A DNA stretch of 64,000 bases from contig CAXXLZ010000002.1 in assembly GCA_963675595.2 (NCBI GenBank), positions 2,560,001 through 2,624,000 on the forward strand, given 5' to 3'. Origin of the DNA: Thermodesulfobacteriota bacterium (GTDB lineage: Bacteria; Desulfobacterota; Desulfarculia; JACQYL01). Shown piece by piece: positions 1-9,860 of the stretch. Positions within the stretch are counted from its first letter, which is position 1. Every line of letters begins with the position of its first letter. The position numbers and the translations under genes are program-made. Below the pieces are notes generated by a model. That model was not told the DNA's origin and searched no databases. It saw nothing but the letters and a program-made list of their open reading frames with translations.

Positions 1-2
1 CC

Positions 3-383
3 GTTTCCCTGGATCGGCTCTTCGGAGACCTCAGGTCGAAGCGACAACTCATCGAGACAATGCTTTGCCTCGGAGCGGATTATCGCGAGGCGACCCATGA
101 AATTCTGAGAGAGGCGGTGCGGGCGGGCATGATCCCCACCATCAATTCAATGATGGCCGTGGGGATCGTCTTCCTTCCGGGTATGATGACCGGTCAGATT
201 CTCGGCGGCACGGACCCGGTCTTGGCCATCAAATATCAAATCGTAGTCATGTTGATGCTCACCGCATCCACCGCGGCCGGCAGCATTTTGGTGACGTTTT
301 TGGTTCGACGTCGTTGCTTCACGGCGGCTCAGCAACTGATCATCGGTGCTGCAAGAAAGGAGGGAAGTCGGCCGACTCCTTAA
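3..383 (+). CDS. fetB: ABC transporter permease, FetB/YbbM (UPF0014) family, 5'-truncated by the window edge
   Basis: Family motif AGMIPTINSMMAVGIVFLPGMMTGQILGG.DP..AIKYQIVVM; frame open back to position 3. Confidence 0.85.
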   Translation, partial: VSLDRLFGDLRSKRQLIETMLCLGADYREATHEILREAVRAGMIPTINSMMAVGIVFLPGMMTGQILGGTDPVLAIKYQIVVMLMLTASTAAGSILVTFLVRRRCFTAAQQLIIGAARKEGSRPTP

Positions 384-429
384 TCCCGAGGATGTCGCGT
401 GTCTCGCTCTTCCGCCGACGCCCCGCGGA

Positions 430-458
430 TTGAAAAGGACCTGAAAACAGGGTAGGAT
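430..458 (+). promoter_or_regulatory. sigma70-type promoter for the globin-coupled kinase
   Basis: TTGAAA (430-435), 17 nt, TAGGAT (453-458), about 60 nt upstream of ATG 518. Confidence 0.5.
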
Positions 459-517
459 TATTTATTGTCCAACGCGTTCAGCTTGGAACGATCTCCCAGC
501 AAAAGACGGACCACATA

Positions 518-1663
518 ATGATTGACGTGCCGGTACCCCGAGAACGACTGCAGTTCTTTCTTTCCAAGCTGGACCTAAGTCGCGGCGACATGGCGCATCT
601 TGAGCCTTACCGATTGCGCTTCGCGGCCAAGAGCGACGACTTCGCTTCCTTCTTCACGGAATACTTTCTTCAAATCCCCCAAACCCGAATCGTCCTGGAA
701 CACGAGCGGCAACCCAATCGTTTCGAAAAAGCCCTGGCGATCTGGTTCCAAAGATTTTTCGAAGACGAATTTGCCGCCGGTTTTCTGGAATATCTCTGGA
801 AAAGCGGTCTCAAACACGTTGAGATCAATCTGGATCAGCGATACGTGAATCTCGGTTATGCGATCGCTCGTCAGTTCTGCCATGGAATGGTCCGAGAGCT
901 GGTTCCCGCAGAACATCGGGAACAAGTGTCCAAAGTTATCGACAAGATGCTCGATTTCTGCGTTCTTGTCGCCACGGATTCATTGATATCGGCAACGGCG
1001 CAGTGCGATGTCGAGGTGATCCGGGGCATTTCTCATCAGGTGAGAAACCCGGTGACGGTGATCGGCGGGAATATTCGGAGGCTGCAAAAAAACCTGGATG
1101 CGGGCAATCCTGTGTACCAGACGTACGAAGCCATTATGCAGGAAAATAGACGTTTGGAGAGAATGGTATCCGACGTGGGTGTCTATACCGATATTTTCCG
1201 CAGAGAACCGGTATTTAAAGAAGAATCCCTCTTAAAGATACTCCTGAAAGCGGTCAAGGAACTCGAACACAAATTCGCCGCCGCCGTGATCCCGATTTCC
1301 TTGGACCTGAACCCCCAACTGACCCAAGTGTACGGGGACGCCCGAGACCTGGAGTCCATGTTTTATTATCTGCTGGAAAACTCTTTTGAGGCAGTGAGCG
1401 GCCGGGGAGGAGAAATTCGGGTCCAATCCATGAAGAGCCCCCTGCAGAACTTCCTGCGGATACGCATATCAAATCCCGGCACCTTGCCCAAAGACGAAAC
1501 CATGGACAACCTGTTCGCTCCGTTTTATTCCTCCAAACCCACAGGTACCGGATTCGGTCTGCCCATCGCCTCCCTTGCCGCCCGCAAGAACCTGGGAACC
1601 CTGAAGCTGGAATCCGCGTCCGAAGGCGTGCTCTGCACGATTGAATTGCCTTCGGCCCGCTGA
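518..1663 (+). CDS. Globin-coupled sensor histidine kinase (sensor globin + HisKA + HATPase)
   Basis: Globin-like N-terminus with GLKHVEINLDQRYV (proximal His motif); H-box SHQVRNP; N-box LLENSFEA; F/G2 box FAPFYSSKPTGTGFGL; no TM segments. Confidence 0.8.
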   Translation: MIDVPVPRERLQFFLSKLDLSRGDMAHLEPYRLRFAAKSDDFASFFTEYFLQIPQTRIVLEHERQPNRFEKALAIWFQRFFEDEFAAGFLEYLWKSGLKHVEINLDQRYVNLGYAIARQFCHGMVRELVPAEHREQVSKVIDKMLDFCVLVATDSLISATAQCDVEVIRGISHQVRNPVTVIGGNIRRLQKNLDAGNPVYQTYEAIMQENRRLERMVSDVGVYTDIFRREPVFKEESLLKILLKAVKELEHKFAAAVIPISLDLNPQLTQVYGDARDLESMFYYLLENSFEAVSGRGGEIRVQSMKSPLQNFLRIRISNPGTLPKDETMDNLFAPFYSSKPTGTGFGLPIASLAARKNLGTLKLESASEGVLCTIELPSAR

Positions 1664-1760
1664 CGCGCGCCCGTGTTCGTTTGGGGACCGGAGGCATGAA
1701 CGCCCCCAAAGGACCCTCGGCGTCGGTCCGAAAGCTCCCGCAGGTCATTGCGTGATCCAA

Positions 1761-2426
1761 TTATTCGAGGTCTTGGGGGTGTTCCGCATCGAGGCGCTCC
1801 AAGGCCGCGCGAGCCGCTCTCACGAACCTGAGATCATCCAGGGAATAGGCCAAATTCTCATCTTCGACGATTTGTCGCAGCGGTTCCCGCGCCTCGGGTG
1901 TCCCGAGACTTCCCAACGCCTCGGCCGCCTTCTCCCGGACGTACATGTCGGGATGCGAGAACAGGCCGACCAGGGAGCCGAGGGCCTCCCGGCGCTTCGC
2001 CCTGCCCAAAGCCTCCGCGGCTTTCCATACCAGTTCCGCATCCGGATCGGCCAGGAAACGAATCAGCTCGGCCGCAGCCCGCTCATCTGCAAGACTTCCC
2101 AGCGCCTCCAGGGATCTCATGCGAACGTAGCGTATCGGATCCGTATGGAGGACGCGAATCAACGGCTCCACCGATTCGGGAGAGGCGAAAGACATCAGAG
2201 CATCCACCGCCTCGCTTCGCAAATAGGGAACGGGATCGTGAAGCGCTACTTCGAAAAGGGCTTGCAGGGCCTCCGCAGCCGGCGACTCTTTCAGCCTCCT
2301 CACGGCTCCGAGCCGGGCGCCCTCATCCTCGGAACGCAACTCCCGCAGGGCGCTTTCCACCGCGCACTGGTCTTCCCCTCTTCCCAAGGCAAGGTTCCTT
2401 TCAGGATTTCCGAATTTCGTTGCCAT
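1761..2426 (-). CDS. HEAT/PBS-lyase repeat protein
   Basis: Repeated D....VR..AAEALG.LG units; ATG 2426 overlaps the end of the upstream DUF1638 gene. Confidence 0.8.
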   Translation of the reverse strand: MATKFGNPERNLALGRGEDQCAVESALRELRSEDEGARLGAVRRLKESPAAEALQALFEVALHDPVPYLRSEAVDALMSFASPESVEPLIRVLHTDPIRYVRMRSLEALGSLADERAAAELIRFLADPDAELVWKAAEALGRAKRREALGSLVGLFSHPDMYVREKAAEALGSLGTPEAREPLRQIVEDENLAYSLDDLRFVRAARAALERLDAEHPQDLE

Positions 2427-3192
2427 CCGATGGGTTCGCGCCCAAAACAAATGCCTTGGCCTCTCGATAGGTTTTCGCAAGCAGGTCCAGGGTACCCGGA
2501 CGGGCCTCGGTTCTCAGGCCGAACAGTTCATTGAATTCCTGAATATTCTCTCTCATTTTTCCTTCATCGAGCAGGGGCGTGGTCACCAGGAGAGACCGTT
2601 CGTAATGGGCGAACATGCGCCGCGCCAAATCCACTCCCATCCCTCCGCGTTCGACATCCATTACGCGTCGCCAGTGATGGGTCCATCCCGGTATCATGAA
2701 AAAAGTGCCCGCAATCCTACACTGCTCACCGTAGTAGTTCTCCCGGCCGCCGATGAGCAGCCCGACGCAGTCGTCCACTGGATGGTCCTCATCCATGGGA
2801 AGAAACACCGGCGCTCCGGCATCGGATAGAAGTTCGGAAGGATTCTCCAACGCATTTCCGCACAACCCGTAGCCCAGCAGCAGCGCATCCACTCGGCTTC
2901 CCATGTCTTCTGCCGCGTCCGCCAGTCCCCGTTGAAGTCGTTTCTTGCGGTCGTGGAGCGCCAGTTCCAGCACTTGAACCAGGATATGGATGCCATCGTC
3001 CGGCATTTGAAACACGGATGCTTCTCTTAGGCACCGCACCTCCCTCGAATCCCGTTCCTCCAACAAGCGGATGAAGCGTTGGGAATGCCCGTCCTCCACC
3101 ACTGAAATGTTTACGATGTCGGGATCGGAGGCGAGCAGGTGGGCGAATTCGAGTTCGAGCACTTCGCACATCAAAATTCCCAAAGCGGGCAT
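2401..3192 (-). CDS. DUF1638 domain protein
   Basis: Motifs ILMCEVLELE, LELALH, LLGYGLCGNAL, VDDCVGLLIGG, GTFFMIPGW; AAGGAG RBS before ATG 3192. Confidence 0.75.
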   Translation of the reverse strand: MPALGILMCEVLELEFAHLLASDPDIVNISVVEDGHSQRFIRLLEERDSREVRCLREASVFQMPDDGIHILVQVLELALHDRKKRLQRGLADAAEDMGSRVDALLLGYGLCGNALENPSELLSDAGAPVFLPMDEDHPVDDCVGLLIGGRENYYGEQCRIAGTFFMIPGWTHHWRRVMDVERGGMGVDLARRMFAHYERSLLVTTPLLDEGKMRENIQEFNELFGLRTEARPGTLDLLAKTYREAKAFVLGANPSDGNEIRKS

Positions 3193-3315
3193 GGCGGGCT
3201 CCTTGACGGCGGATGGGTTCCGCCTCGGCGTGTTTATTTGTCGGGTCTTCACCAACTTGGTGAACAGGTTATCACAAAGAGCACCTACGCCGGCGCGGCG
3301 ACATGCGAGCAAACG

Positions 3316-4479
3316 CTAGCATCGATCCAGCATCCCCGGCAGGGAATCCGCCACCGCGAACCCCTTTTCCGTGGGCCGAAATCCGCTCTCGTCAAGAACG
3401 ACCAATTGTTGCAGCTCCAAAAACGTCAGGACGCTCCGATAATGTTCGTGATTGTCGGTTCCGGGTTCCAGCGCGGGATGGCCCCAGGGCATTCCGGCAG
3501 CGGTTCGAAAAGCGAAGAACAGGGCTTCCAGCCTGAATTTTTCCCAATCAATGCTTTCCCCGTCCTCCACGGGAGGTTCGCCCCGGTCCGAAGCCTTTAG
3601 GTACGACTCCAAATTCTTGTGATTCCAACGACGCCGCCCACCATCAAAGGAATGGGCCGCAGGTCCCAAACCGAGATAAGGTACGTGGGACCAGTACTTA
3701 AGGTTGTGCCGCGACCGACAATGCGGAGCGGCCGCGAAGTTGGATATCTCATAATGCTCGTATCCCTCTTTGGAGAGGAATTCGGCGGTTTCCGAGAAAA
3801 AGGCGCACGTCTCCTCATCGTTCAAGGGGACGACTTTGCCTTTCCTTCGCTGAAGATCAAGGGGGGTTCCCGATTCAAAGGTCAACTGGTAGCAGGACAG
3901 GTGTTCCGGCCGAAAATCAACTATGGAACGCAGATCGTCTCGCCAGTCCGTAAGGCTTTGCCCCGGGATTCCGTAGATCAGATCCGCCCCTATGGCCTCG
4001 AACCCCACCTCGCGCGCCCATTTCAGGGTTCGCGCCGCTGCTTCTCCCGTGTGACGTCTCCCCAGAAATCGGAGAAGCGGATCGCGAAAGGATTGAACTC
4101 CGATGCTGATCCGGTTGACACCCAAAGAGTTCAAGGTGCCGAGGCGATCCGGATTGACGTCTCCGGGATTCACTTCCATGGTGATTTCCGAAGAGTCTTT
4201 GAAGGAAAAGACGCGGCGCAGGCCGGAAAAAAGTTCTCTCAGGTCGGAACCGGTCAGAAGGCTGGGTGTGCCTCCCCCCAGGTACAGGGTGTCGAATTCC
4301 CCCCACGATTCTTCGTACAAAGAAGCTTCTTTGACGACGGCCTTCACCGTGCGGGGAATCAGATCGGTCCGGGTGTAGGACACGAAATCGCAATACCGAC
4401 ACTTCCGGGAGCAGAAAGGAATATGAACATACAATCCCGCCGGTTCGGCGGACGGGGGGGGCCCGCCTTCCAAGCTCAC
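3316..4479 (-). CDS. hemW: Radical SAM heme chaperone HemW (HemN-like)
   Basis: LYVHIPFCSRKCRYCDF, TLYLGGGTPS, HYEISNFA, HNLKYW; GTG start overlaps the lepA stop. Confidence 0.9.
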   Translation of the reverse strand: MSLEGGPPPSAEPAGLYVHIPFCSRKCRYCDFVSYTRTDLIPRTVKAVVKEASLYEESWGEFDTLYLGGGTPSLLTGSDLRELFSGLRRVFSFKDSSEITMEVNPGDVNPDRLGTLNSLGVNRISIGVQSFRDPLLRFLGRRHTGEAAARTLKWAREVGFEAIGADLIYGIPGQSLTDWRDDLRSIVDFRPEHLSCYQLTFESGTPLDLQRRKGKVVPLNDEETCAFFSETAEFLSKEGYEHYEISNFAAAPHCRSRHNLKYWSHVPYLGLGPAAHSFDGGRRRWNHKNLESYLKASDRGEPPVEDGESIDWEKFRLEALFFAFRTAAGMPWGHPALEPGTDNHEHYRSVLTFLELQQLVVLDESGFRPTEKGFAVADSLPGMLDRC

Positions 4480-6284
4480 TCCTGCTCGGACTTGAGAACG
4501 GCGATGAACGCGCTCTGGGGAACCGTCACCTGCCCGATCATCTTCATGCGTTTTTTCCCGGCTTTCTGTTTCTCCAGCAGCTTCCGTTTTCGCGTGATAT
4601 CACCGCCGTAACACTTGGCTGTCACATCCTTCCTGAAAGCGCTGATCGTGGACCGGGCGATGATCTGACCGCCGATGGCTCCCTGGATGGCGATCTTGAA
4701 CATGTGACGGGGAATTTCCTCTTTCAAGCGATCGCAAGCCTGTTTGGCCCGCAGTCGGGCCCGATCCCGGTGTGCGATCTGAGACAGTGCGTCCACCTTT
4801 TCGCCGTTGACCAAAATATCCACTTTGACCAGATCGCTGCTGCGGTACTCACCGAGTTCGTAGTCGAAAGACCCGTATCCCTGCGTGACGGTTTTGAGCT
4901 TGTCATAAAAATCATAAACCACTTCGGCCAGTGGGAGGTCCACGGTGAGCTCGATCCGCCCGGGCGTGGGGTAATTGTATCGGGGGTTTTCCCCCCTGCG
5001 TTCGAGCACCAGCGTCATCACGGTCCCCATATACCGATCCGGCATGATGATGGACGCCTTGATATACGGTTCGAAAGCCTCTTCGATCTCCACCGGGTCC
5101 GGATAATACGCCGGGTTGTCGATGACCACCAGGTTCTGATTCTTGAGCTTGAATCGAAAACGCACACTGGGCACGGTCATGATAATGGACTGATCATACT
5201 CCCTTTCGAGGCGTTCCTGAACCACTTCAAGATGAAGCAATCCCAGGAATCCACATCGAAAGCCTTGGCCCAGGGCCACGGACGAATCCTTTTCGTAGCT
5301 GAATGCCGCATCGTTCAAATGGTATTTGTCCAGAGCATCCGCCAGATCCTGATAATCGTCCGACGCAATAGGATAAATGGAGGAGAAGACCACAGGTTTG
5401 GCTTCTCGAAAGCCGGGCAGGGGTTTCGGCCGGGGGTTGGATTCCAGGGTGATGGTATCGCCGGTTCGGGTTTCCCGAACACTCTTGATTCCCGCGATAA
5501 TATAACCGACGTCTCCGGCGGTGAGCATCTTCTTGGGCTCACGGTTCACTCGAAACACACCCACTTCCTCGACCCGGTGCGTGGTCCCGCAACCCATCTG
5601 ACGAATCCAATCCCCTTGTTTAAGCCTGCCGTCTATGACCCGACAATGGATGATCGCACCCCGAAAAGCGTCGTACTGAGCATCAAAAATCAGAGCGGCC
5701 AACGGTGCATCGAGATCCCCCTCCGGAGGGGGTATCCGTTGGACAATGGCTTCCAGAACTTCCTCGATGCCGATGCCTTCCTTGGCGGAACACAAAAGCG
5801 CGCTTTCGGAATCCAGGCCCAACTCCACCTCGATCTCCTCCCGGACCCTTTCGGGTTCCGCGGAAGGCAGATCAATCTTGTTGATCACCGGAATGATGGC
5901 CAGGTCTTGTTCCATGGCCAGGTACAGGTTGGCCAGGGTCTGGGCTTCCACGCCCTGGGAGGCGTCCACCAGCAACAAAACTCCCTCACACGAAGCCAGG
6001 GCTCTGGAGACCTCGTAGGTGAAATCCACGTGGCCGGGCGTATCGATGAGGTTGAGCTCGTAGTGTTTGCCGTCCCGAGCCTTGTAGGGAAGACTGATGG
6101 CTTGGCTTTTGATCGTGATGCCCCGCTCCCGCTCGATATCCATGCTGTCCAGAAGCTGGTCCCGGAAAGCCCGCTCGTCCACCACCCCCGTGCTCTGAAT
6201 GAGACGGTCCGCGAGTGTGGACTTGCCGTGATCGATGTGCGCCACGATACTGAAGTTTCTGATGTGCTGCATCTTTGAAGTCAT
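4476..6284 (-). CDS. lepA: Translation elongation factor 4 (LepA)
   Basis: IRNFSIVAHIDHGKSTLADR, ERERGITIK, DTPGHVDF, C-terminal KCYGGDITRKRKLLEKQKAGKKRMK. Confidence 0.98.
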   Translation of the reverse strand: MTSKMQHIRNFSIVAHIDHGKSTLADRLIQSTGVVDERAFRDQLLDSMDIERERGITIKSQAISLPYKARDGKHYELNLIDTPGHVDFTYEVSRALASCEGVLLLVDASQGVEAQTLANLYLAMEQDLAIIPVINKIDLPSAEPERVREEIEVELGLDSESALLCSAKEGIGIEEVLEAIVQRIPPPEGDLDAPLAALIFDAQYDAFRGAIIHCRVIDGRLKQGDWIRQMGCGTTHRVEEVGVFRVNREPKKMLTAGDVGYIIAGIKSVRETRTGDTITLESNPRPKPLPGFREAKPVVFSSIYPIASDDYQDLADALDKYHLNDAAFSYEKDSSVALGQGFRCGFLGLLHLEVVQERLEREYDQSIIMTVPSVRFRFKLKNQNLVVIDNPAYYPDPVEIEEAFEPYIKASIIMPDRYMGTVMTLVLERRGENPRYNYPTPGRIELTVDLPLAEVVYDFYDKLKTVTQGYGSFDYELGEYRSSDLVKVDILVNGEKVDALSQIAHRDRARLRAKQACDRLKEEIPRHMFKIAIQGAIGGQIIARSTISAFRKDVTAKCYGGDITRKRKLLEKQKAGKKRMKMIGQVTVPQSAFIAVLKSEQE

Positions 6285-6373
6285 TCCTCAACCTTCCGTG
6301 GTCTTCCGCTTCGTCCGGTCCGGGAACCCCCGAAACCGCTCCGCGACCATCAGGGATGGATCCCGGAAAACCG

Positions 6374-6402
6374 TTGACAAGTGCGGCCCGATGGCATATC
6401 AG
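6374..6402 (+). promoter_or_regulatory. sigma70-type promoter for purA
   Basis: TTGACA (6374-6379), 17 nt, TATCAG (6397-6402). Confidence 0.5.
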
Positions 6403-6461
6403 TCCTTGGGTTTGCGGAAAACGCACCAACCAATAGTAGATAATCAAACGGGAATCAAGGC

Positions 6462-7760
6462 ATGCCAAACGTCGTTGTTGTAGGAACCCAGTGGGGGGAC
6501 GAGGGCAAGGGAAAGGTCGTGGACCTGCTCACCGAACACGCGGACCTCATCGTTCGTTTCCAGGGCGGGAATAACGCCGGCCACACCCTCCGGGTGGGCG
6601 AAGAGCAGTATATCCTCCACATCGTTCCCTCCGGAATCCTCTATGAAGACAAAAGTTGCCTCGTGGGAAACGGAGTCGTTATCGACCCTCTGGTCCTGCT
6701 GCAGGAAATACGAGGGCTGAAAGAACGAGGCATCGACATCCACACCCGACGCCTCGGGATAAGCGCGCGGGCTCATATGATCATGCCCTACCACCGGGCC
6801 CTCGATGCGGCTCGAGAACAGGCCAAAGGCGATACCAAGATCGGAACCACCGGCAGAGGCATCGGACCTTGCTACGAGGACAAAGCCGGGCGAAGGGGAA
6901 TCCGTTTCATCGATTTCGTTGACGAACAACGCTTTCTTTCCGTGTACCGAAGCAATCTTGAAGAAAAACGAAAGATTCTCACTCAGGTACTGGGCTCGGA
7001 CCTTCCCGTTGAGGAACCGGGAGAGTTGGACGCCCTTTTGGCTTCGGCACGAGAACTGGCTCCGTACCTTGCCGACGTTTCGGTCGAAATCAAGGAAGCC
7101 CTCGGGATGAAGAAGAACGTCCTTTTCGAGGGGGCCCAAGGAACCCAGTTGGACATCGACCACGGCACCTATCCCTATGTCACTTCTTCCAATCCGGTGG
7201 CCGGCTCGGTCTGCACGGGAGCGGGCATCGGACCGAAACACATCCATTTCGTTCTGGGAATCGTCAAAGCCTACGCCACAAGGGTGGGCGGCGGCGCATT
7301 CCCCACGGAACTCACGGACGCGGTGGGAGACCATCTACAGTCGCAAGGGGCCGAGTTTGGTGCGACCACCGGAAGAAAGCGTCGATGCGGCTGGCAGGAC
7401 CTGGTGGTTCTGCGGGACGCGGTACGCCTTAACGGTCTTCAGGGTCTCGCGGTGACCAAACTCGACGTACTCAGCGGATTGGACACCATTCGCGTCTGCA
7501 CCTCGTACGAGTGCAAAGGGAAGAAGCTGGACTCCATGCCTCCGAGTCTCGAAATGGTCGAACAATGCCGCCCCGTGTACGAGGATCATGCCGGTTGGAA
7601 GGAGGATATCGGCGAAGTGCGCGAATTCTCGGACCTGCCGGACGCGGCGAAAAAATATCTGCGACGCATCGAGGAGCTTGCCGGCACACCCATCAGCCTG
7701 ATCTCCGTGGGGGCTTCACGAGACCAGACCATCACGCTTCAAAACCCGTTTTCCATTTGA
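6462..7760 (+). CDS. purA: Adenylosuccinate synthetase
   Basis: GTQWGDEGKGK, RFQGGNNAGHT, IGTTGRGIGP, EGAQG, DHGTYPYVTSS, EFGATTGRKRRCGW. Confidence 0.98.
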   Translation: MPNVVVVGTQWGDEGKGKVVDLLTEHADLIVRFQGGNNAGHTLRVGEEQYILHIVPSGILYEDKSCLVGNGVVIDPLVLLQEIRGLKERGIDIHTRRLGISARAHMIMPYHRALDAAREQAKGDTKIGTTGRGIGPCYEDKAGRRGIRFIDFVDEQRFLSVYRSNLEEKRKILTQVLGSDLPVEEPGELDALLASARELAPYLADVSVEIKEALGMKKNVLFEGAQGTQLDIDHGTYPYVTSSNPVAGSVCTGAGIGPKHIHFVLGIVKAYATRVGGGAFPTELTDAVGDHLQSQGAEFGATTGRKRRCGWQDLVVLRDAVRLNGLQGLAVTKLDVLSGLDTIRVCTSYECKGKKLDSMPPSLEMVEQCRPVYEDHAGWKEDIGEVREFSDLPDAAKKYLRRIEELAGTPISLISVGASRDQTITLQNPFSI

Positions 7761-7774
7761 CGACGGTTCGGTTC

Positions 7775-7800
7775 AGGGCGCCCGTACATACCGGCGCCCT
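7775..7800. terminator. Hairpin between convergent purA and thiL
   Basis: AGGGCGCC, 10 nt, GGCGCCCT inverted repeat; no strong U tract. Confidence 0.4.
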
Positions 7801-7801
7801 T

Positions 7802-8803
7802 CTATCCCTTGAAGTGTTCATAGCCCTTAAGGCCGAGCCGTTCTTCCCGGCCGCCTTTCGTCAGCACAATGTCCCGTCCGTCCACGATCTCTCCCACGCA
7901 GGATACGGCGCATTGGAGTTCCTCCTTCGCCCTCCGAATGATTTTCTCCCCCGTACTTTCCGGCGCACAGAACAACAGTTCGAAATCTTCACCTCCCGAC
8001 AAAGCCCATTCCAGGGGATCCACTCCCCGGACCCGACCCCATGACGCCGCGGAAGGGGAAACGGGCAGGAGCTCGGCGGTAATACGGGCTCCGACTCCGC
8101 TTTTGCGGCAAATATGGCCCAAGTCGGAAGCGATTCCGTCGCTCAGGTCGATGCAGGCGTTCACTTTGCTTTCCCCCAGCAGCCTCCCCAAGGCCACTCG
8201 GGGTTCCGGAGTCAGGTGACGTAACCTGAGCGATTCCCCTCTCCCAAATTCCGCCGCCTCCAGGGGGTGGCGAAGCAGGTCCAGACCCGCTCCGGAATCC
8301 CCCAGGTAACCGGAGACATATATATAATCTCCGCATATGGCCCCGTTTCGATACAGAATCTTTTCTCGTTCCCCGAAGCCCATAACCACAACATTGATCA
8401 CCACGCACGGAGACGCAACCGTGTCTCCCCCCAGGAGCCGGCAATCGTGCTTCAGACTGATTTCCCGGTACCCGCGGATGAACTCCTCCATAAAGGAGGT
8501 TTTGACCGACGCGGGAGCGCCGATCGACAAAAAGGAGTGAGCCGGAACGCCCCCCATGGCGGCGATATCGCTCAGGTTCGCCGCAACGGACCGCACTCCC
8601 AGCTCCAAGGGCGTGATGGTATTCAGATCGAAATGAACTCCTTCCACCAGCATGTCCGTGGTCACCAGAACACATCGGTCGCCGCCCGTGTCGATTACGG
8701 CGCAATCGTCTCCGATGCCGCGTACCACATCAGTTCCCAACTCCGGCCAGTCTTTGGCGAACAGATCGATCAGCCCGAATTCACCCAACTCGTTCACAAA
8801 CAC
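7802..8803 (-). CDS. thiL: Thiamine-monophosphate kinase
   Basis: GEFGLI, GIGDDCAV, TTDMLVEGVHF, NLSDIAAMGG, GGDT, DLSDGIASDL, GGEDFELLF. Confidence 0.95.
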   Translation of the reverse strand: MFVNELGEFGLIDLFAKDWPELGTDVVRGIGDDCAVIDTGGDRCVLVTTDMLVEGVHFDLNTITPLELGVRSVAANLSDIAAMGGVPAHSFLSIGAPASVKTSFMEEFIRGYREISLKHDCRLLGGDTVASPCVVINVVVMGFGEREKILYRNGAICGDYIYVSGYLGDSGAGLDLLRHPLEAAEFGRGESLRLRHLTPEPRVALGRLLGESKVNACIDLSDGIASDLGHICRKSGVGARITAELLPVSPSAASWGRVRGVDPLEWALSGGEDFELLFCAPESTGEKIIRRAKEELQCAVSCVGEIVDGRDIVLTKGGREERLGLKGYEHFKG

Positions 8804-8840
8804 TGTATCACCCTTTATGACCCTGAAAAAACGACCAGCC

Positions 8841-9227
8841 TCATCGCATGTCCGTGCCTATCGCCGGTAATACCATGTCCACGTTGAAGAAAACCAGGAA
8901 TCGATCCTCGGAAGACGTACCCGGGTGAGACGATTCCGATCTCCGGGACAGAGAGTGCAGCAATTCCGAGTTGCGTTCTTCGCGAATCTTGGTCAGGAAC
9001 AGCCGAATCCCCCGCCAACCCGGCGCTTCCTCGACAAACATATAGGCCGCGTGGGGGTTTTGCTCCAGATTGTGGTGGGTCAACTTGTCCCTCATAATGA
9101 AAGCCGCGGTGCCGTCATCCATGACGTGAGGACGGGCGAACACGGCCACATCCACTTTGCCTTCACGATTCGAGGTGGCCAGGATTCCCACACCTTGAGT
9201 CTTTTCAAAATAGTCTCTTAGGTCCAA
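8841..9227 (-). CDS. Pyridoxamine 5'-phosphate oxidase-like FMN-binding protein
   Basis: GILATSNREGKVDVAVFARPHV...AFIMRDKLTHHNLEQNPHAAY; TTG start at 9227 behind GAAGGAGG. Confidence 0.75.
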   Translation of the reverse strand: MDLRDYFEKTQGVGILATSNREGKVDVAVFARPHVMDDGTAAFIMRDKLTHHNLEQNPHAAYMFVEEAPGWRGIRLFLTKIREERNSELLHSLSRRSESSHPGTSSEDRFLVFFNVDMVLPAIGTDMR

Positions 9228-9703
9228 AATATCCTCCTTCTCGGTTTCCGTTTCCGGCCGGAAGGTCTGAAAAGCGCTATGAAAGCACACCCGCCTCAGA
9301 CCTACAAACCCTATTTCGTCCCCCTGCAAAGCCTGCACGGGTTGAAGGAACTTGTCGAGACATCCTCAATACCCTATTTCATCGCCCGCATATTTGATCC
9401 CCTTGGAAAACGTCGAAAGGCGCCGAAGGCCGGTCGCTTTTTCGAAAGAAGAAAAATTAATCGGAAGATAACGGCGCACTTCTGTTGCGGCGGACTCCGG
9501 AAGCCCGGCCCGAACGTCCCTCGGCGCACCTCACCTACAAACTTCCGTTCGCCTTCAGGCGGCCGGCTTGACGGGCCCCAAGGGTCCTAAACGGCGGGCA
9601 TATGGCTCCCCCCGCACTGTCGTAAACCTCCAAACCCGGCGGAAATCGCAGTTCGGACGCGGTCGCAAATCGACACACCGGAGGAAGGCCGCGCCCGGGG
9701 CGC

Positions 9704-9732
9704 TTGACAGAACTGCAACTTACTTGCATACT
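9704..9732 (+). promoter_or_regulatory. sigma70 promoter with overlapping Zur operator
   Basis: TTGACA (9704-9709), 17 nt, CATACT (9727-9732). CTGCAAC-TTA-CTTGCAT (9713-9729) matches the Desulfovibrio-type Zur box ATGCAAC-N3-GTTGCAT (recalled) with 2 mismatches. Directly upstream of znuC. Confidence 0.75.
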
Positions 9733-9860
9733 CTTTCCGTCGGCTGTGACCCATGCCGCTAAGCTCCCCAACTCTCCCCGAAGTTTCCGCAGCCGCTTGG
9801 CACAGCTTAAAGCAATAAGTGTCTCTATTGAAAACCTTCGAGGTCGATTCAGTCAATCAG

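Noticed and set aside
4704-6278. 524-aa + strand ORF, and similar long ORFs at 16674-17987, 32701-34242, 52454-53545 and 55378-56412
   Set aside because: Antisense shadows of well-supported genes (lepA, iorA, flagellin, CHAT protein, DUF1318/AsmA), expected from GC-rich codon usage; no recognisable motifs
3316-6284. lepA-hemW coupling as a novelty
   Set aside because: A known conserved adjacency, for example in Firmicutes
9279-9700. Riboswitch (c-di-GMP-like GGGTCCTAAA) or znuA remnant in the intergenic region
   Set aside because: The rest of the c-di-GMP-I consensus is missing, and the short ORFs show no similarity to a solute-binding protein
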